A stretch of DNA of 64,000 bases from an uncultured Acidimicrobiia bacterium (GCA_963786955.1 CAWBAT010000003.1:32001-96000), one strand, 5' to 3'. Numbered from the stretch's first letter, positions 22,095 through 34,617 are shown. A program made the numbers and translations. Notes: generated by a model not told the origin, from the sequence alone.

Positions 22095-23513
22095 ATGCTT
22101 CCTCGCTTTGAGCACTTAAAACGGATTCATCTGGTTGGGATTTGCGGCACCGCAATGGCTTCGCTTGCCGGAATGCTTCATGCCCGTGGATTCACGGTAA
22201 CCGGGTCCGACCAGAGCATCTATCCTCCTATGTCCGTATTTCTTGAAGGATTGGGAATCCCCTTGCTTCGAGGTTTTTCAGCAACAAATCTGGAGGCTGA
22301 ACCGGATATGGTTGTTATCGGGAACGCCATTTCGAGAGGAAACCCCGAATTAGAAGCAGTCTTGAACCGGAGACTCAATTACACTTCGATGCCGGAGGTG
22401 TTAAAAGAGCTCTTCATTCGCGGCAAAAGACCGATCGTAGTGGCCGGAACCCACGGAAAAACCACCACCACGTCGCTTTTGGCTTGGATCCTTGAGGTCG
22501 CGGGACTTCAGCCCGGCTTTCTCATTGGCGGTATCGCCGAAAACTTTGGTAGCAGCTTTAAGCTCGACCAGGGAGAGATTTTTGTTATTGAAGGGGATGA
22601 ATACGACACAGCTTTTTTTGACAAAGGCCCCAAGTTTTTGCATTACCTGCCAGAGACCGTGATCTTTAACAACTGTGAATTTGACCATGCGGATATCTAT
22701 CCGGATTTTGAGTCTGTTAAGACGAGCTTCCGTCGGCTGATCAACATCATTCCCTCAAATGGCAAACTGATCGCGGGATGGGACGATAGGGTGGTACGGG
22801 AATTGAGTCAAAAAGCATTCTGCCCGATCAAGTCCTTCGGCCTTTGTGAAGAGGCCCAGTGGCGAGCCGAGCAAATTGAAACTTTCGAAACCGTCACTCA
22901 TTTCACTCTCTGGAATGACCAGAGCTCTTTAGGGGTTATAAAGATCCCTATTGCGGGGAATTTCAATGTCAAGAATGTCCTGGCCGCTATAGTCTATGCT
23001 CAGGATATAGGCATTGACATGGAGACGATTCGGAGTGCACTTCGCAATTTCAAGAACGTGAAAAGACGGCTGGAAGTTCGAGGGATGGTGAACAATATCA
23101 CTCTTTTCGATGACTTCGCCCATCATCCCACGGCAATCCAAGAAACACTAACAGCAGTCAGTGCCCGCTTCCCGAAAAGACGAATCTGGGCAATCTTTGA
23201 ACCTAGGTCGGCTACGTCGCGACGAAACATATTCCAGGAAGCTTTCTCGGTATCCTTTGACGCTGCGGACCGGGTGGTCATTGCGTCGGCCTACGCTTCA
23301 GAAAAGCTCGAGCCATCCATGCGGCTTGATGTGGGACGTTTAGTTGCTGACCTGAATAAACGGGGCGTTCACGCGACAGAAGGGGCATGCGCAGACGAAA
23401 TTATCCGTCATGTTACCCCTCAATTGGAGAGCGGGGATTTGATTGTCGTGATGTCGAACGGTGGGTTTGACGGGATCCATGAAAAATTCTTGAAGACTTT
23501 GCAATCCATGTAA
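22095..23513 (+). CDS. mpl: Murein peptide ligase
   Basis: GICGTAM, YPPMS, AGTHGKTTTTS, EGDEYDTAFFDK, DDFAHHPTAI and MSNGGFDGIH motifs. Confidence 0.93.
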   Translation: MLPRFEHLKRIHLVGICGTAMASLAGMLHARGFTVTGSDQSIYPPMSVFLEGLGIPLLRGFSATNLEAEPDMVVIGNAISRGNPELEAVLNRRLNYTSMPEVLKELFIRGKRPIVVAGTHGKTTTTSLLAWILEVAGLQPGFLIGGIAENFGSSFKLDQGEIFVIEGDEYDTAFFDKGPKFLHYLPETVIFNNCEFDHADIYPDFESVKTSFRRLINIIPSNGKLIAGWDDRVVRELSQKAFCPIKSFGLCEEAQWRAEQIETFETVTHFTLWNDQSSLGVIKIPIAGNFNVKNVLAAIVYAQDIGIDMETIRSALRNFKNVKRRLEVRGMVNNITLFDDFAHHPTAIQETLTAVSARFPKRRIWAIFEPRSATSRRNIFQEAFSVSFDAADRVVIASAYASEKLEPSMRLDVGRLVADLNKRGVHATEGACADEIIRHVTPQLESGDLIVVMSNGGFDGIHEKFLKTLQSM

Positions 23514-23606
23514 GAGTCGTTTGTCATTCTATGTTATGTCATAGCTATTATTGGTTGCGCTGGATCCAAAATCTTCGAAGCACAGGGTGGTGGCCGAAGA
23601 AATCTC

Positions 23607-23975
23607 ATGAAGAAGAAAATCTTGATAGTGGATGACGATCCCGGTATCCAGACGATGCTGAAACTCATGCTGCGGCTCGAAGGTTACGATTCGGTAATTT
23701 GCGGAGATCCAGGAAGAATTTTCGAGTTGTTGAAGTCAGAGTCTCCGGATTTGGTGCTGCTTGATGCGATGATGCCGAGTGTGGATGGATTGACGGTATT
23801 ACGGCAGATCAAGGAAAGGAAACTCCAGCATACGCCGCCAATTATTCTCTTTACTGGAAAAGTAGATGAAAGATATATCCGGAGTGCACTGGAGGCTGGA
23901 GCGAGTGGTCACCTTACAAAGCCCTTCGTGAAGGAAGAATTGCTCGAAAGGCTGAATGAATTTCTGGCCAAATGA
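23607..23975 (+). CDS. Single-domain response regulator
   Basis: ILIVDDD, LVLLDAMMP and TKPF motifs. Confidence 0.9.
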   Translation: MKKKILIVDDDPGIQTMLKLMLRLEGYDSVICGDPGRIFELLKSESPDLVLLDAMMPSVDGLTVLRQIKERKLQHTPPIILFTGKVDERYIRSALEAGASGHLTKPFVKEELLERLNEFLAK

Positions 23976-24759
23976 TCCGTACCCTTATAGTTGTAGTCAT
24001 CGTTTTCGGATTTGCTTTTCTAGTTGGGTCAGCCTGTGCTCTGGTCGCTCTATTCCAAAGGCAACCGGACGTGCTTTATGATGCCGGCCGATTGATTATC
24101 CGGTTGGGGATGCGGCTGGCAGGAATCCGAATTGAGGTGAGAGGGAAAGAATGCGTTCAAGCCCGGTCAGAATTATATTTTTCTGGCCAACCACCAAAGC
24201 TATTGTGATCCGCCGGCATTGGTATTCGCCATTCCGCTGGACGCGCGGTTGATCCTTAAAAAAGAGCTGAGAAGACTGCCCATTATTGGATTTATCTTGC
24301 AGCTTGGAGGATTTGTTTTTATCGATCGGAAAGACCGGAGACAGGCAATAGAAGCCATGAAGCAGGCCGTCCGGCAGCTGATCAATAAGGAGTCGTTTCC
24401 TCATCTATCCGGAAGGGACCCGAACTCGTACCGGTAAAATGGGGCCCTTTAAAAAGGGACCTTTTACGCTGGCTATCGAATCTGAAGTTCCGGTCATGCC
24501 GATTAGCGTGAGCGGTAGCTATAGCGTTATGCCTCCACATCAGTTTAAGATTACTCCTGGAAGGATTACGATTTGCTTCCATCCACCCATTAGCACAATG
24601 GGAATGAGCCTTGGAGATCGTGAATCGCTAACCGATCGTGTCTGGAAGACCATTGCGTCAGGATTAACAGAATCCGAATTTGATGCTCAGGATCTGATGC
24701 CGAAGGTATGCCAAAGGATACTTAAAGGATCAAAATTTGAGGCCGAGAACCTAGATGCC
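23972..24759 (+). CDS. Lysophospholipid acyltransferase (PlsC-like); frameshifted, 3' end uncertain
   Basis: NHQSYCD, KKEL, FIDR, YPEGTR and FKKG motifs spread over three frames. Confidence 0.8.
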
Positions 24760-25179
24760 ATGACCCCGCCTAAGCCCATTACCACTGCACAACTCGCTTA
24801 CTCTTTGCTCTGTGATGATATCCGTCTGGAAGCAGGGAACAAGCTGAGTTTGATGGGGATTTTTCAAAATGTCTATTTTCAGTCGCTGCCCTCTACAATT
24901 TTGAAATTTGCTCTACTGAATCATTGGGTTGGCAATGGTGAGCACACCACTGAAATCAAAATTATTTCCCCTGATCGCAACCGGTTAGTCCTCCAGACGG
25001 CCCCGTCCACTTTTACACTTGAAACTGGCGGTTTTGCGGACAATGTGACTTTCTTTACCAACGTATAGTTTGCGGAAGAGGGTCCTCACATCATTCAGAT
25101 TTATCTCAATCAGATCATGATAAGGGAAGTGACTTTAAATGTTGTCCTGCCCGTGGCGCCGAATGCTACCGTAAATTGA
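24760..25179 (+). CDS. Small beta-sandwich hypothetical protein (DUF6941-like), with an internal TAG at 25066
   Basis: LLCDDIRLEAGNKLSLMGIF motif. The frame continues past the TAG as FAEEGPHIIQIYLN to TGA at 25177-25179. Confidence 0.6.
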
Positions 25180-25248
25180 TGTCGTCTGGCCGTTGAATCC
25201 ATAGCCCTCCTCAGTCCCGCTCTCAATCCGTGAACGAAGGGAGTCTCC

Positions 25249-25276
25249 TTGACACCCCGCTTTGATCCGATATAAT
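25249..25276 (+). promoter_or_regulatory. Consensus sigma-70 promoter upstream of sucC
   Basis: TTGACA (25249-25254), 16-nt spacer, TATAAT (25271-25276), 63 nt before the sucC ATG. Confidence 0.8.
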
Positions 25277-25339
25277 GAGCCACCGTGCCCGGAGACCGGC
25301 ACAGTCTGGGTCTTCTATTTCTACGAATTCGGGGTCTTC

Positions 25340-26502
25340 ATGAAAATTCACGAATATCAGGCAAAATCAATTTTGAGCCGATTTGGGGTGCCCGTTCCTC
25401 GTGGTGAAGTTGCGAGTACTCCGGAAGAGGCTAGTGCGATTGCCAAGAAGCTGGGAGGGACGGTAGTTGTCAAGGCTCAGATTCATGCAGGAGGCCGTGG
25501 CAAAGGCGGGGGGTTAAGTTGGCTGGAACCCCTGCAGAGGCAGGAATCATTGCGAGCAAGATGCTAGGAATGAAGCTAGTGACCCACCAGACGGGACCTG
25601 AAGGGAAGAACCGTGAAACGGGTGCTAGTTGAGGAAGGGCTCAGAATTAAAAGTGAATACTATTTGGGTATTGTGATTGACCGTGCTTCGGGAAAACCTG
25701 TTTTCATGGCCAGCAAAGTCTGGGGGCATGGAGATCGAGAAAGTTGCTGAAGAAACTCCGGAGCTCATCTTGAAAGAGCCGATTGAACCTGGGATCGGAT
25801 TGACTTCGTTCCAAGCCCGCAAGCTTGCTTTTGGTTTAGAACTTCCAGGCCTCTGATTAACACAGCCTGCACTTTCATGCTGGCATTGTATCGGGCTTTT
25901 GAGGCATGTGACGCTTCGTTAGTTGAAATCAATCCGTTTCTATTAACGGAGAACAGTAAATTATACGCCTTGGATGCCAAGATGAACTTTGATGACAACG
26001 CGCTGTATCGTCATCCGGAGATTAAGGACTTGCGTGACCTGGACGAAGAAGACCCGCTGGAAATTGAAGCCAGCAGACATGGTCTCAATTACATTAAGTT
26101 GGACGGTACGGTGGGATGCATGGTCAATGGCGCAGGGCTGGCCATGGCCACAATGGATATTATTAAGCTGGCAGGAGGGTCTCCTGCCAATTTCCTGGAT
26201 GTTGGCGGTGGGGCGAGTGCCGAACAGGTGAAGAATGCTTTCTCCATTCTTCTTTCAGATCCCAACGTCAGGGCGGTGTTGATTAACATCTTTGGTGGAA
26301 TCATGCGTTGTGACATTGTCGCCCAGGGAGTGGTGGAAGCGGCCAGGCCATTCGACTCAAAGTGCCACTGGTCGTTCGATTAGAAGGGACGAATGTTGAG
26401 AAAGGGCAGGAGATCCTTAAAAATTCGGGTCTCAGCCTGACAGTCGGCCATGGAATGAAAGACGCAGCAGAGAAGGTTGTTGCACTGGCGAAGACTGCTT
26501 AA
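25340..26502 (+). CDS. sucC: Succinyl-CoA synthetase beta subunit; frameshifted
   Basis: [52 protein letters not shown] and VVRLEGTN motifs. Confidence 0.95.
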
Positions 26503-26552
26503 GGTCCTTGTCAATTCGTAATTGACTATCACAGCTGTAAAGGAGTCTGGTA

Positions 26553-27426
26553 TTGAGCATCTTAGTGGACGAGAATACCCGTCTAATCGTTCAAGGGATC
26601 ACAGGTAGGGAAGGGACTTTTCATACACTGCAGTGTAAAGCATATGGAACGAATGTCGTTGGAGGGGTAACTCCTGGGAAAGGGAGGAACCATTCACGAG
26701 GGGATCCCTGTTTTCAATACCGTCGAGGAGGCCTGCCGAAAGACCGGTGCCAATGCTTCAGCCATTTTTGTGCCACCCCCTTTTGCCGCCGACGCCATAA
26801 TGGAGGCGTGCGATTCCGGAGTTGAATTGGTCGTGTGCATCACGGAAGGGATCCCAACCTTTGACATGATCAAGGCCACCGAGTATCTGTCAAAGCGTGT
26901 TACACGCCTAATCGGTCCGAATTGTCCCGGAATCATTTCCCCTGGTAAATGTAAGATTGGGATTATGCCCGGTGCGATTCATCGCGAAGGAGCTGTCGGA
27001 GTTATTTCTCGAAGTGGAACCTTAACCTATGAGGCTGTGGGGCAGCTTAGTACTCGCGGGATTGGCCAGTCCACCTGTATTGGAATTGGAGGGGACCCTA
27101 TCATCGGTACAAATTTTGTGGATGCGCTGAAATTGTTCTTTGAGGATCCAGGAACGGAAGCCATTGTGATGATCGGCGAAATTGGCGGGATGGCTGAGGA
27201 GCAAGCTGCAAATTATATCCAAAGCAAGGGGCAAAAACCGGTGGTTGGATTCATTGCTGGCCAGACAGCACCTTCCGGAAGGCGTATGGGGCATGCGGGA
27301 GCCATCATTAGTGGTGGAAAAGGAACGGCCGCGGACAAAATGAATGCCCTCCAAGCGGCAGGAATTCATGTCGTCAAAAGTCCTGCTGAAATAGGAGAAA
27401 CCGTGGCAGAATTACTGAAACATTGA
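26553..27426 (+). CDS. sucD: Succinyl-CoA synthetase alpha subunit; one frameshift
   Basis: [32 protein letters not shown] and RMGHAGA motifs. Confidence 0.95.
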
Positions 27427-27498
27427 AGGAGAAACGGGAAGATTTGTCCAAGACAATCTTCCCTTATTGGGGAAATAAGAATCGGAGGGACAAATACT

Positions 27499-27918
27499 GT
27501 GAGTTTAGAACGGACATTGACCATCATTAAGCCCGACGGGGTCGAACAGGGTAATGTTGGCGACATTATTCAGATTCTTGAACATAATCGTTTCAAAATT
27601 AGAGGCGCCAAGATGCTTCATCTTTCTGAGACGGCGGCCGCAGGCTTTTATGCGGTTCATCGCAACAGAGGGTTCTTTAAGGATCTGGTACGCTACATGA
27701 GCTCCGGGCCTGTAATGGTGATGGTGCTTGAAGCTGAGAATGCCGTCGCAAGGCTTCGGGAATTGATGGGAGCAACAGACCCGGCAAAAGCTGCGGAAGG
27801 AACGATCCGGAAGCGCTTCGCCACCTCCATTGAAAAGAACGTTATCCATGGCTCTGATAGCGTGGAGAATTCGAGAAGCGAAACGAGCTATTTTTTCAAT
27901 GCCCTCGAACTTGGTTAG
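27499..27918 (+). CDS. ndk: Nucleoside diphosphate kinase
   Basis: ERTLTIIKPDGV, GATDP, GTIR and NVIHGSDS motifs. Confidence 0.97.
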   Translation: MSLERTLTIIKPDGVEQGNVGDIIQILEHNRFKIRGAKMLHLSETAAAGFYAVHRNRGFFKDLVRYMSSGPVMVMVLEAENAVARLRELMGATDPAKAAEGTIRKRFATSIEKNVIHGSDSVENSRSETSYFFNALELG

Positions 27919-27941
27919 TTGATCTTTCCGGGAGGGTTAGG

Positions 27942-28166
27942 ATGCTCCCTCAAATTGGGAAGCTCTTCATCGTCGCCGGTGCCATTTTTCTCCTCTTCGG
28001 ATTAATCTTGACCTTTGTTCCGCACTTGCCATTTCTGAGGCTGGGGAAGCTGCCGGGCGACATCATTATTAAACGGGACAACTTCAGTTTTTATTTCCCA
28101 CTCACTACATCCATTGTACTCAGTCTCCTTTTCACCCTGATCTTCGCACTCTTTTTCCGTCGGTAA
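27942..28166 (+). CDS. DUF2905 membrane protein
   Basis: GKLPGDI...FYFPLTTSI motif. Confidence 0.9.
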   Translation: MLPQIGKLFIVAGAIFLLFGLILTFVPHLPFLRLGKLPGDIIIKRDNFSFYFPLTTSIVLSLLFTLIFALFFRR

Positions 28167-28171
28167 ACTTC

Positions 28172-29540
28172 ATGAACCTCTTTCCATCAGCCAAAGTCTT
28201 TACGGTTTCGGAGCTCACCGTTGAAGTCAAAGACCGTCTTGAGGGCGAATTTTCAGGGATTATGGTTGAGGGTGAAATATCGAACTTCATGGCAGCTGGG
28301 TCAGGACATCTTTATTTTGTTCTCAAGGACAAGTCCGCTCAGCTGAGATGTGTTTGTTTTCGTCACAAAGCTAGATTTTTCAAGTTGAAAGCTGAAGATG
28401 GACTTCAGGTCATCGCCTCCGGAAATCTAAGTGTTTATGAACCGCGCGGAGAGTATCAGCTCCAAGTGGATACTATGGAACCCAAAGGCCTAGGTTCCTT
28501 GCAACTCGCCTTCGAGCAACTTAAAGCGAGATTACAAGCTGAAGGATTATTCAATTCTGCTCGCAAGAGACCGATCCCGTTGCTGCCTCGATGTATTGGT
28601 ATTGTGACCTCTCCCACCGGAGCAGCAATCCATGACATCCTGAGGATATTGAAACGCAGGCACGAGAATGTCCGCGTGCTGATCTATCCGGCTAGAGTCC
28701 AGGGGGAAGGTGCAGCCACGGAAATTGCAGCGGGAGTTAATTACTTGAATACCCTTCCCGAAGTGGACGTCATGATCGTGGGACGCGGTGGCGGGTCTTT
28801 AGAAGATCTTTGGGCTTTTAATGAAGAGGTCGTAGCTCGTGCCATTGTGGCGTCACGAATCCCCGTAATTTCTGCTGTCGGCCACGAAGTGGATTATACG
28901 ATCGCGGACTTCGTGGCCGATCTGCGAGCGCCAACACCTTCGGCAGCTGCGGAAATTGTTATCTCCAAGAAAGCTGAATTGGCTGACCAGATTGCGAACC
29001 AAGAACGCAGGTTGAATCAGTCCTTGCATTTCCGTTTGAGCCTGCTTCGAAACAAAGTTCTGGGCCTTTCCTCGGAACGGGTCTTCGCTTCCGTCGAAAA
29101 CAAATTGGCATTTTATCGACAACGATTGGATGAGCTGTCGTTTCGAATGGGGATCGCAGGAACAGAAAAGCTTCATTTGCTGAGAGAAAAGATGCGCAAA
29201 TATTTGGATAGCCTTTCCCGCCTTGATCTCAGGCAATTCATTAAGACAAAAGAGCAGATGGTCATGCACCAGATGGAACGGGTTCAAGGAAAAGCCGAAT
29301 TGGGTTTGCAATTGTTGAGGGGGAAAGTGGGTGACCTTGGAAGTGTCTTTGCAGGCCCTCAATCCTTTGGCAGTCCTCGATCGGGGATACGCGGTTTGCC
29401 GGGACTCCCAAGGGAAAATCTTGAAGGACTCCCGGGGGGTAAGAGTCGGCGATCATTTTACGGTACGGCTGGCAAGAGGGGGAATTGAAGGAATAGCCGA
29501 AAAGATGATTCCCTCCGATGGAGAGGTGAAAAATGGCTAA
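28172..29540 (+). CDS. xseA: Exodeoxyribonuclease VII large subunit; frameshift near the 3' end
   Basis: GEISNF, SGHLYF, RGGGSLEDLWAFNEE and APTPSAAAE. The tail LNPLAVLDRGY is in ORF 29331. Confidence 0.95.
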
Positions 29541-29781
29541 AATTAAGGACTTTGAATCTGCGTTATTGCGTCTCGAAGAAATCGTGAAGAAGTTGGATAG
29601 TGGAGACCTTCCCCTAGCTTCTCTGTTAGAAGCCTACGAGGAGGGAATAACTCTCTCTCGTTATTGCCATGCTAAATTGGAAGAAGCAGAACGAAAGGTT
29701 GAGATACTCTCCAAACATTCGGATGGAACATTGAAACCGGAGCCATTCGAGGAGAAGAACACCGATGTCTTTGAGGAGTGA
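29533..29781 (+). CDS. xseB: Exodeoxyribonuclease VII small subunit
   Basis: FESALLRLEEIV..L..G.LPL...YEEG...C...LEEAERKV pattern. Confidence 0.95.
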   Translation: MAKIKDFESALLRLEEIVKKLDSGDLPLASLLEAYEEGITLSRYCHAKLEEAERKVEILSKHSDGTLKPEPFEEKNTDVFEE

Positions 29782-29966
29782 CGCGGAATGGAAAGGTCTT
29801 CAGCTTTGCGTGACGGGTTGAAGTTCAAGAAAAGGAACTCCCAAATCTCTGAACCAATCGGGCAAGGCTCGTCCCGAGCTTCGATTTTCTTACTTTTCTT
29901 TGAGCAATTGTCTAGAATGATTGCTGTAGTTGGCTGAAACTCGTCTTGAAAGGATTTTCATCAACC

Positions 29967-31939
29967 ATGGACGAAGAAAACATGAACTTTTCACTTCTCT
30001 CAAAGATCGATGGTCCCGCGGATGTTAAAAAGCTAGAACGGCAGCAGTTGGGCCAACTGGCCGACGAGTTGAGAAGTTTCATGATCCATACGATTTCAAA
30101 AACTGGTGGTCACCTGGCCTCCAGCCTCGGGACCGTCGAACTGACGGTGGCTTTGCACTACGTTTTTGATGCTCCGAAGGACAAACTGGTCTGGGACGTC
30201 GGACACCAGGCGTATGGCCATAAGATACTGACCGGGAGGCGCGACCAGTTTCACACGCTGCGACAGTATGAAGGGATCTCGGGCTTTCCACGCCGCGAAG
30301 AAAGTATTTACGACACCTTTAATGTTGCCCATGCATCCACATCCATATCGGCAGCACTAGGGATGGCAGTGGCTCGCGATTTGGCCGGAGAAGACTCGAA
30401 TGTCGTTGCGATCATTGGGGACGGCGGCTTGACCGGTGGCTTGGCATTGGAGGGAATTAATCAGGCCGGTCATCTGCAAAGGAAACTCCTCATCATTCTG
30501 AATGACAATGAGATGTCCATTTCGCCCAACGTCGGGGCCATGGCCGGCTATTTGAATCGAATCGTGACGGGACAGGTATACAACCGCTTCAAAAAAGAAG
30601 TTGAGTCCATGTTGCTCGCTGTCCCGCGGCTTGGTCCTCGGCTGGTGAAAATCGCCAAAGATATGGTGGATGCCATGAAAACCTTCATGGTCCCCGGATT
30701 ACTCTTTCATGAATTGGGTTTTGATTATGTCGGCCCCATCAATGGACATCATCTCGATACTCTGGTCGATACGCTTGCGAAAATTGAAAGAAAGCCTAAG
30801 CCCGACGATTCTTCATATCGTGACGAAAAAAGGGAAAGGGTGGACGGTAGCGGAATCGGCGCCCATCAAGTATCACGGTCCAACGGCCTATGATCCCCAG
30901 ACAGGCGTTTTTTATCCCACACCACCAGCCCCGCCTTCGTTTACCTCCGTCTTTGGGAAAACGATGATTGAGCTAGCGCAGCGAGATCCCAAAATTGTTG
31001 TTATAACCGCCGCAATGCTGGAAGGTACCGGCTTGGTCCAATTTAGCAAGGAATTTCCCGATCGATGCTTTGATGTCGGTATAGCCGAACAACATGCCGT
31101 GACATTCTCGGCGGGATTGGCAACCCAGGGTTATAAACCCATCGCCGCAATTTACTCTACTTTCCTCCAGCGAGCCTATGATCAGGTGATCCATGACGTC
31201 TGTTTGATGGATTTGCCCGTCACGTTTGCTATTGACCGGGCAGGAATTGTGGGCGCCGATGGCCCTACGCACAATGGCCTTTACGATGTCGCTTATTTGC
31301 GAGCGGTTCCCAATATGATCTTAATGGCGCCAAAAGATGAGAATGAACTCCGACACATGTTGTACACCGCCATTGAAACTCCTCACCCCACAGCCCTTCG
31401 CTACCCCCGAGGAAATGGCATTGGGGTTAAGATGGACGAAGAGTTCAGAATGATTGAAATTGGAAAAGGGGAGATCCTGCAAGATGGGAAGGACGGGGTT
31501 ATTCTCGCCTTGGGAACCTTGGTTTACCCCTGTTTGAAAGCCGCGGAAAAACTGGCGCTTGATGGGATCTCCGTTTCTGTTGTCAACGCCCGATTTGTCA
31601 AACCTTTGGATGAGGATTTGATCGTTTGTTTGGCAAATGAAAAATCCTTCCTCGTTACCGTGGAGGAGGCCGCTTTAATGGGTGGTTTTGGAAGCGCGGT
31701 CATGGAACTGCTGGAAGAAAAGAAGCTTGAAGGCAATAGGATTCTTCGGATCGGGGTTCCCGACAAGCTCATCCCTCATGGTAGCCCCAGCCTGCTCCAT
31801 GCCAAATATCGGGATTGATGCCGACGGTATTTATGAACAGATCCACCAATTCCTCCTCGAAAAATATTCTTCTCGGCCCAGTCGTTCCCGCCAAAGCAGC
31901 TCGAAAAAAGCTCACACCAGAGAAGGCCAGAACGGCTGA
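29967..31939 (+). CDS. dxs: 1-deoxy-D-xylulose-5-phosphate synthase; frameshifted
   Basis: GGHLASSLG, WDVGHQAY, IGDG, LNDNEMSI, DVGIAEQHAV and DRAGIVGADGPTH motifs. Confidence 0.95.
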
Positions 31940-31966
31940 CAACTTTCCAGTAGGCATTTCGCACTC

Positions 31967-32699
31967 ATGAAAGAGCGAATTGATAAGCTGCTGGTTGACC
32001 AGGGTCTGACCAGAGAGCCGCCAACAGGCGCAGGCACTGATTCTTGAAGGATTAGTCTTCGCCAATGAACAGCGAATCGAAAAGCCTGGAACCCGGGTGG
32101 ACGTGTCTTCCAGTATTCGATTAAAGAAATTGCCGCCTCCTTACGTCTCAAGAGGAGGCCTGAAATTAGAGAAGGCCTTGAAAGTCTTTGCGTTGTCCAT
32201 TAAAGATTGGGTTTGTCTTGATGTCGGAGCCTCGACAGGCGGATTCACTGATTGTCTGCTGCAACATGGCGCGGCAAAAGTATTTGCCGTCGATGTCGGA
32301 CACAATCAACTGGATTGGAAATTACGAAGTGATCCTCGAGTCGTGTCATTTGAAGGCGTTAACGCACGTTACCTTAGTTTCGACACAATAGGCGCCAAAG
32401 TAGACTTGATTACAATGGATCTTTCCTTTATTTCACTCACGCTTGTGTTGCCTGTCATTCCCCAGTTTACTAAGCCTGGAACATCGGTCATTTGCCTGGT
32501 GAAACCTCAGTTTGAAGTCGGAAAAGGAGAAGTTGAAAAAGGCGGACTTGTAACGGACCCAGGGAAGCATATTCAAGTCGTTCAGAAAATCCGGGTCGGG
32601 GCAGTAGGCTTAGGATTCCGCGAACTCGGAGTCATCGAGTCACCTATTGAAGGCATGGAAGGAAATAAAGAGTTCCTGATGGGACTGGTCATGGACTAG
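31967..32699 (+). CDS. tlyA: TlyA-family RNA methyltransferase; one frameshift
   Basis: MKERIDKLLV (S4 domain), YVSRGGLKL, DVGASTGGFTD, KPQFE and GNKEF motifs. Confidence 0.92.
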
Positions 32700-32959
32700 C
32701 AATCTGGCACCATTGGGGTGGTGTCCGGGATTGAAAGCTTGAAAAGCCTCCAGGGGTAGGTATTGAGAGCGCCACAGGGACTTGGTAATCGTTAGTGTTT
32801 ATCTCTCTCTCCCCCAACGCGTGGGATACAGGGGTGGTGCTTTTTTTTCTCTTCTCATCTCCAGCCTTGCTCTATGATTGCCGGCCAATCCTCATCCCCG
32901 TCGGGGCGTCCTATCTATAGCTCTGCATCCGCCGGCGAAAATTTCCCCTCTCCTCCAGT

Positions 32960-32986
32960 TGTAGGCCGGGTCCCCCGACCTGGCGT
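32960..32986 (+). repeat. GTAG-type REP-like palindrome
   Basis: tGTAGgccgggtcccccgacctggcg: GTAG followed by an imperfect hairpin, in an intergenic region. Confidence 0.4.
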
Positions 32987-33147
32987 CACAGCGGGTCGGG
33001 TGTGGTGGATAAGCATTATCTTCCCATTGCGGGATAGGGAAAAATTAGTTGATGGAAATTTTACCTGGGTTTGCTGCGCTGAACTCTGGGCTATTTATAG
33101 GTCGCTCCTAGCGGGGCTCTTTAGGGATCGCAGCCCCCGTCGGCCAA

Positions 33148-34376
33148 TTATGATCTGTGCTGAAGTGATTGGCCTGTTGGGTCGCCTGGCCCCAACCACA
33201 CTGTGAGACGTCGCCGGAGCCTATGCCGCATAGGCTCCTCGACGAGCAAGAAAGCCAGAATTGACACACCAATGGCAACGAACACATATGCGACAAACAA
33301 TGGCCAGGTGTTTGGCGATTCGGCCCTAAACCAAGCCCGAGAAATAAAATACGTCCAGAAAATAAGTGGTATATGGAGCAAGTAAAGTGCATAACTGGCG
33401 TTCCCTAACAGCACCATCAACCGCGAAGACAGGACTTTTGCTAGCAGTCCGCCTCCCAAAGCTAATCCGAAAATAAGCAGGGCGTTCAACGGTGCCACCA
33501 GACTTCGACTCTGCGTTACGGGAAAGGGATACTCGGAACTGAAGGCAACAGCGGCGACCATCAAGCCTAGCCCCACTAGCGAAAGGGTTCCACCCAACTG
33601 GCGCAGCTTGACTTGGTTCGCCGGCGGATCGTCGCCGTGCAAGAGGTACAGCCGACCCAAGAGAATCCCAATCACGAAATCCGGCAGTCGCAAAAGCGGA
33701 TTCATTTGCACTGCTTTGATCAGTAGTGGCATTGCTGACTGATCCACGATTCCGCGTCCGTCTGGCCCTATGATCTGTGCAAGCACCGGCGGAACTTGTG
33801 CCGCCACCCAGACAACCAACATGGAGACCAGCAATTGCAATCGCGTGAGTGCTCGTAAACGCCGTAGCAACCAAGGAAAGCACCAGTAAAAGAACGTTTC
33901 ATCGGAAAGTGACCAAGAAGGGAAATTCCACCACCAAGCGGTTTGTGGCAACCAGGATTGAACTAAACAACCCACCAAGACCGTTGCTGCTATCTTCGAG
34001 AGTAGCGGAGTTCGATCATTGAGCGAGAGGTCTCCGAGGAGCTGCGGGATTGCAATGACCAACCCGAGCAGATAAACCGGGTAGACACGAGCCAGTCGCG
34101 CGGCCCAAAACTGCTGATCCGCAACCCGGCATCCGCGCTCGCGGTCGAGGTAGTTGTACGTTAGGATGAACCCCGACAAAAGAAGAATAGACTGACACTC
34201 AAGTCTGCGTGCCAGGCGACGTTCTGGATCCACACCGGCACGCCAGGCAATTGACCCAAACCGGCATGGAAAATCAGAACGTGAAAAGCCGCGAGAAAAC
34301 GTAGTCCAGTCAATGCTCCCAGACGGCTTTCTGGGCGCTTTTGAACAGCTGGGGAGTAGTCTTTTCCTTGGCCCAT
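33148..34376 (-). CDS. Acyltransferase family 3 (OafA-like); one frameshift
   Basis: LTGLRFLAAFHVLIFH, LSGFIL, ARLARVYP, WSLSDETFFY and LGNASYALYLLH motifs. Confidence 0.88.
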
Positions 34377-34617
34377 CCGAGATTATACCGCGCTATCGAG
34401 TTTCCAGAGTCGCATTCACAAGATATTTTGCTATGAATACTTATGACACGATGAAATATTCACGGATCGGCGGACAACGGTTTTCGAAAAGCTTCCATCC
34501 CGGTAATATCCCAGAGATCTTTCTTTTCCGGCAAATTGGAGCGCGAAAGAGCGTAAACCTCATCCTTGACCCGCGCGTGAACGCAGCTGGCGGGGTTGCT
34601 GCCCGCATCTCATTGGG

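Noticed and set aside
25066-25068. Amber recoding (pyrrolysine or alternative code)
   Set aside because: TAG terminates many intact genes here (for example ndk, ldcA, tlyA, mqnD) and no pyl genes are visible.
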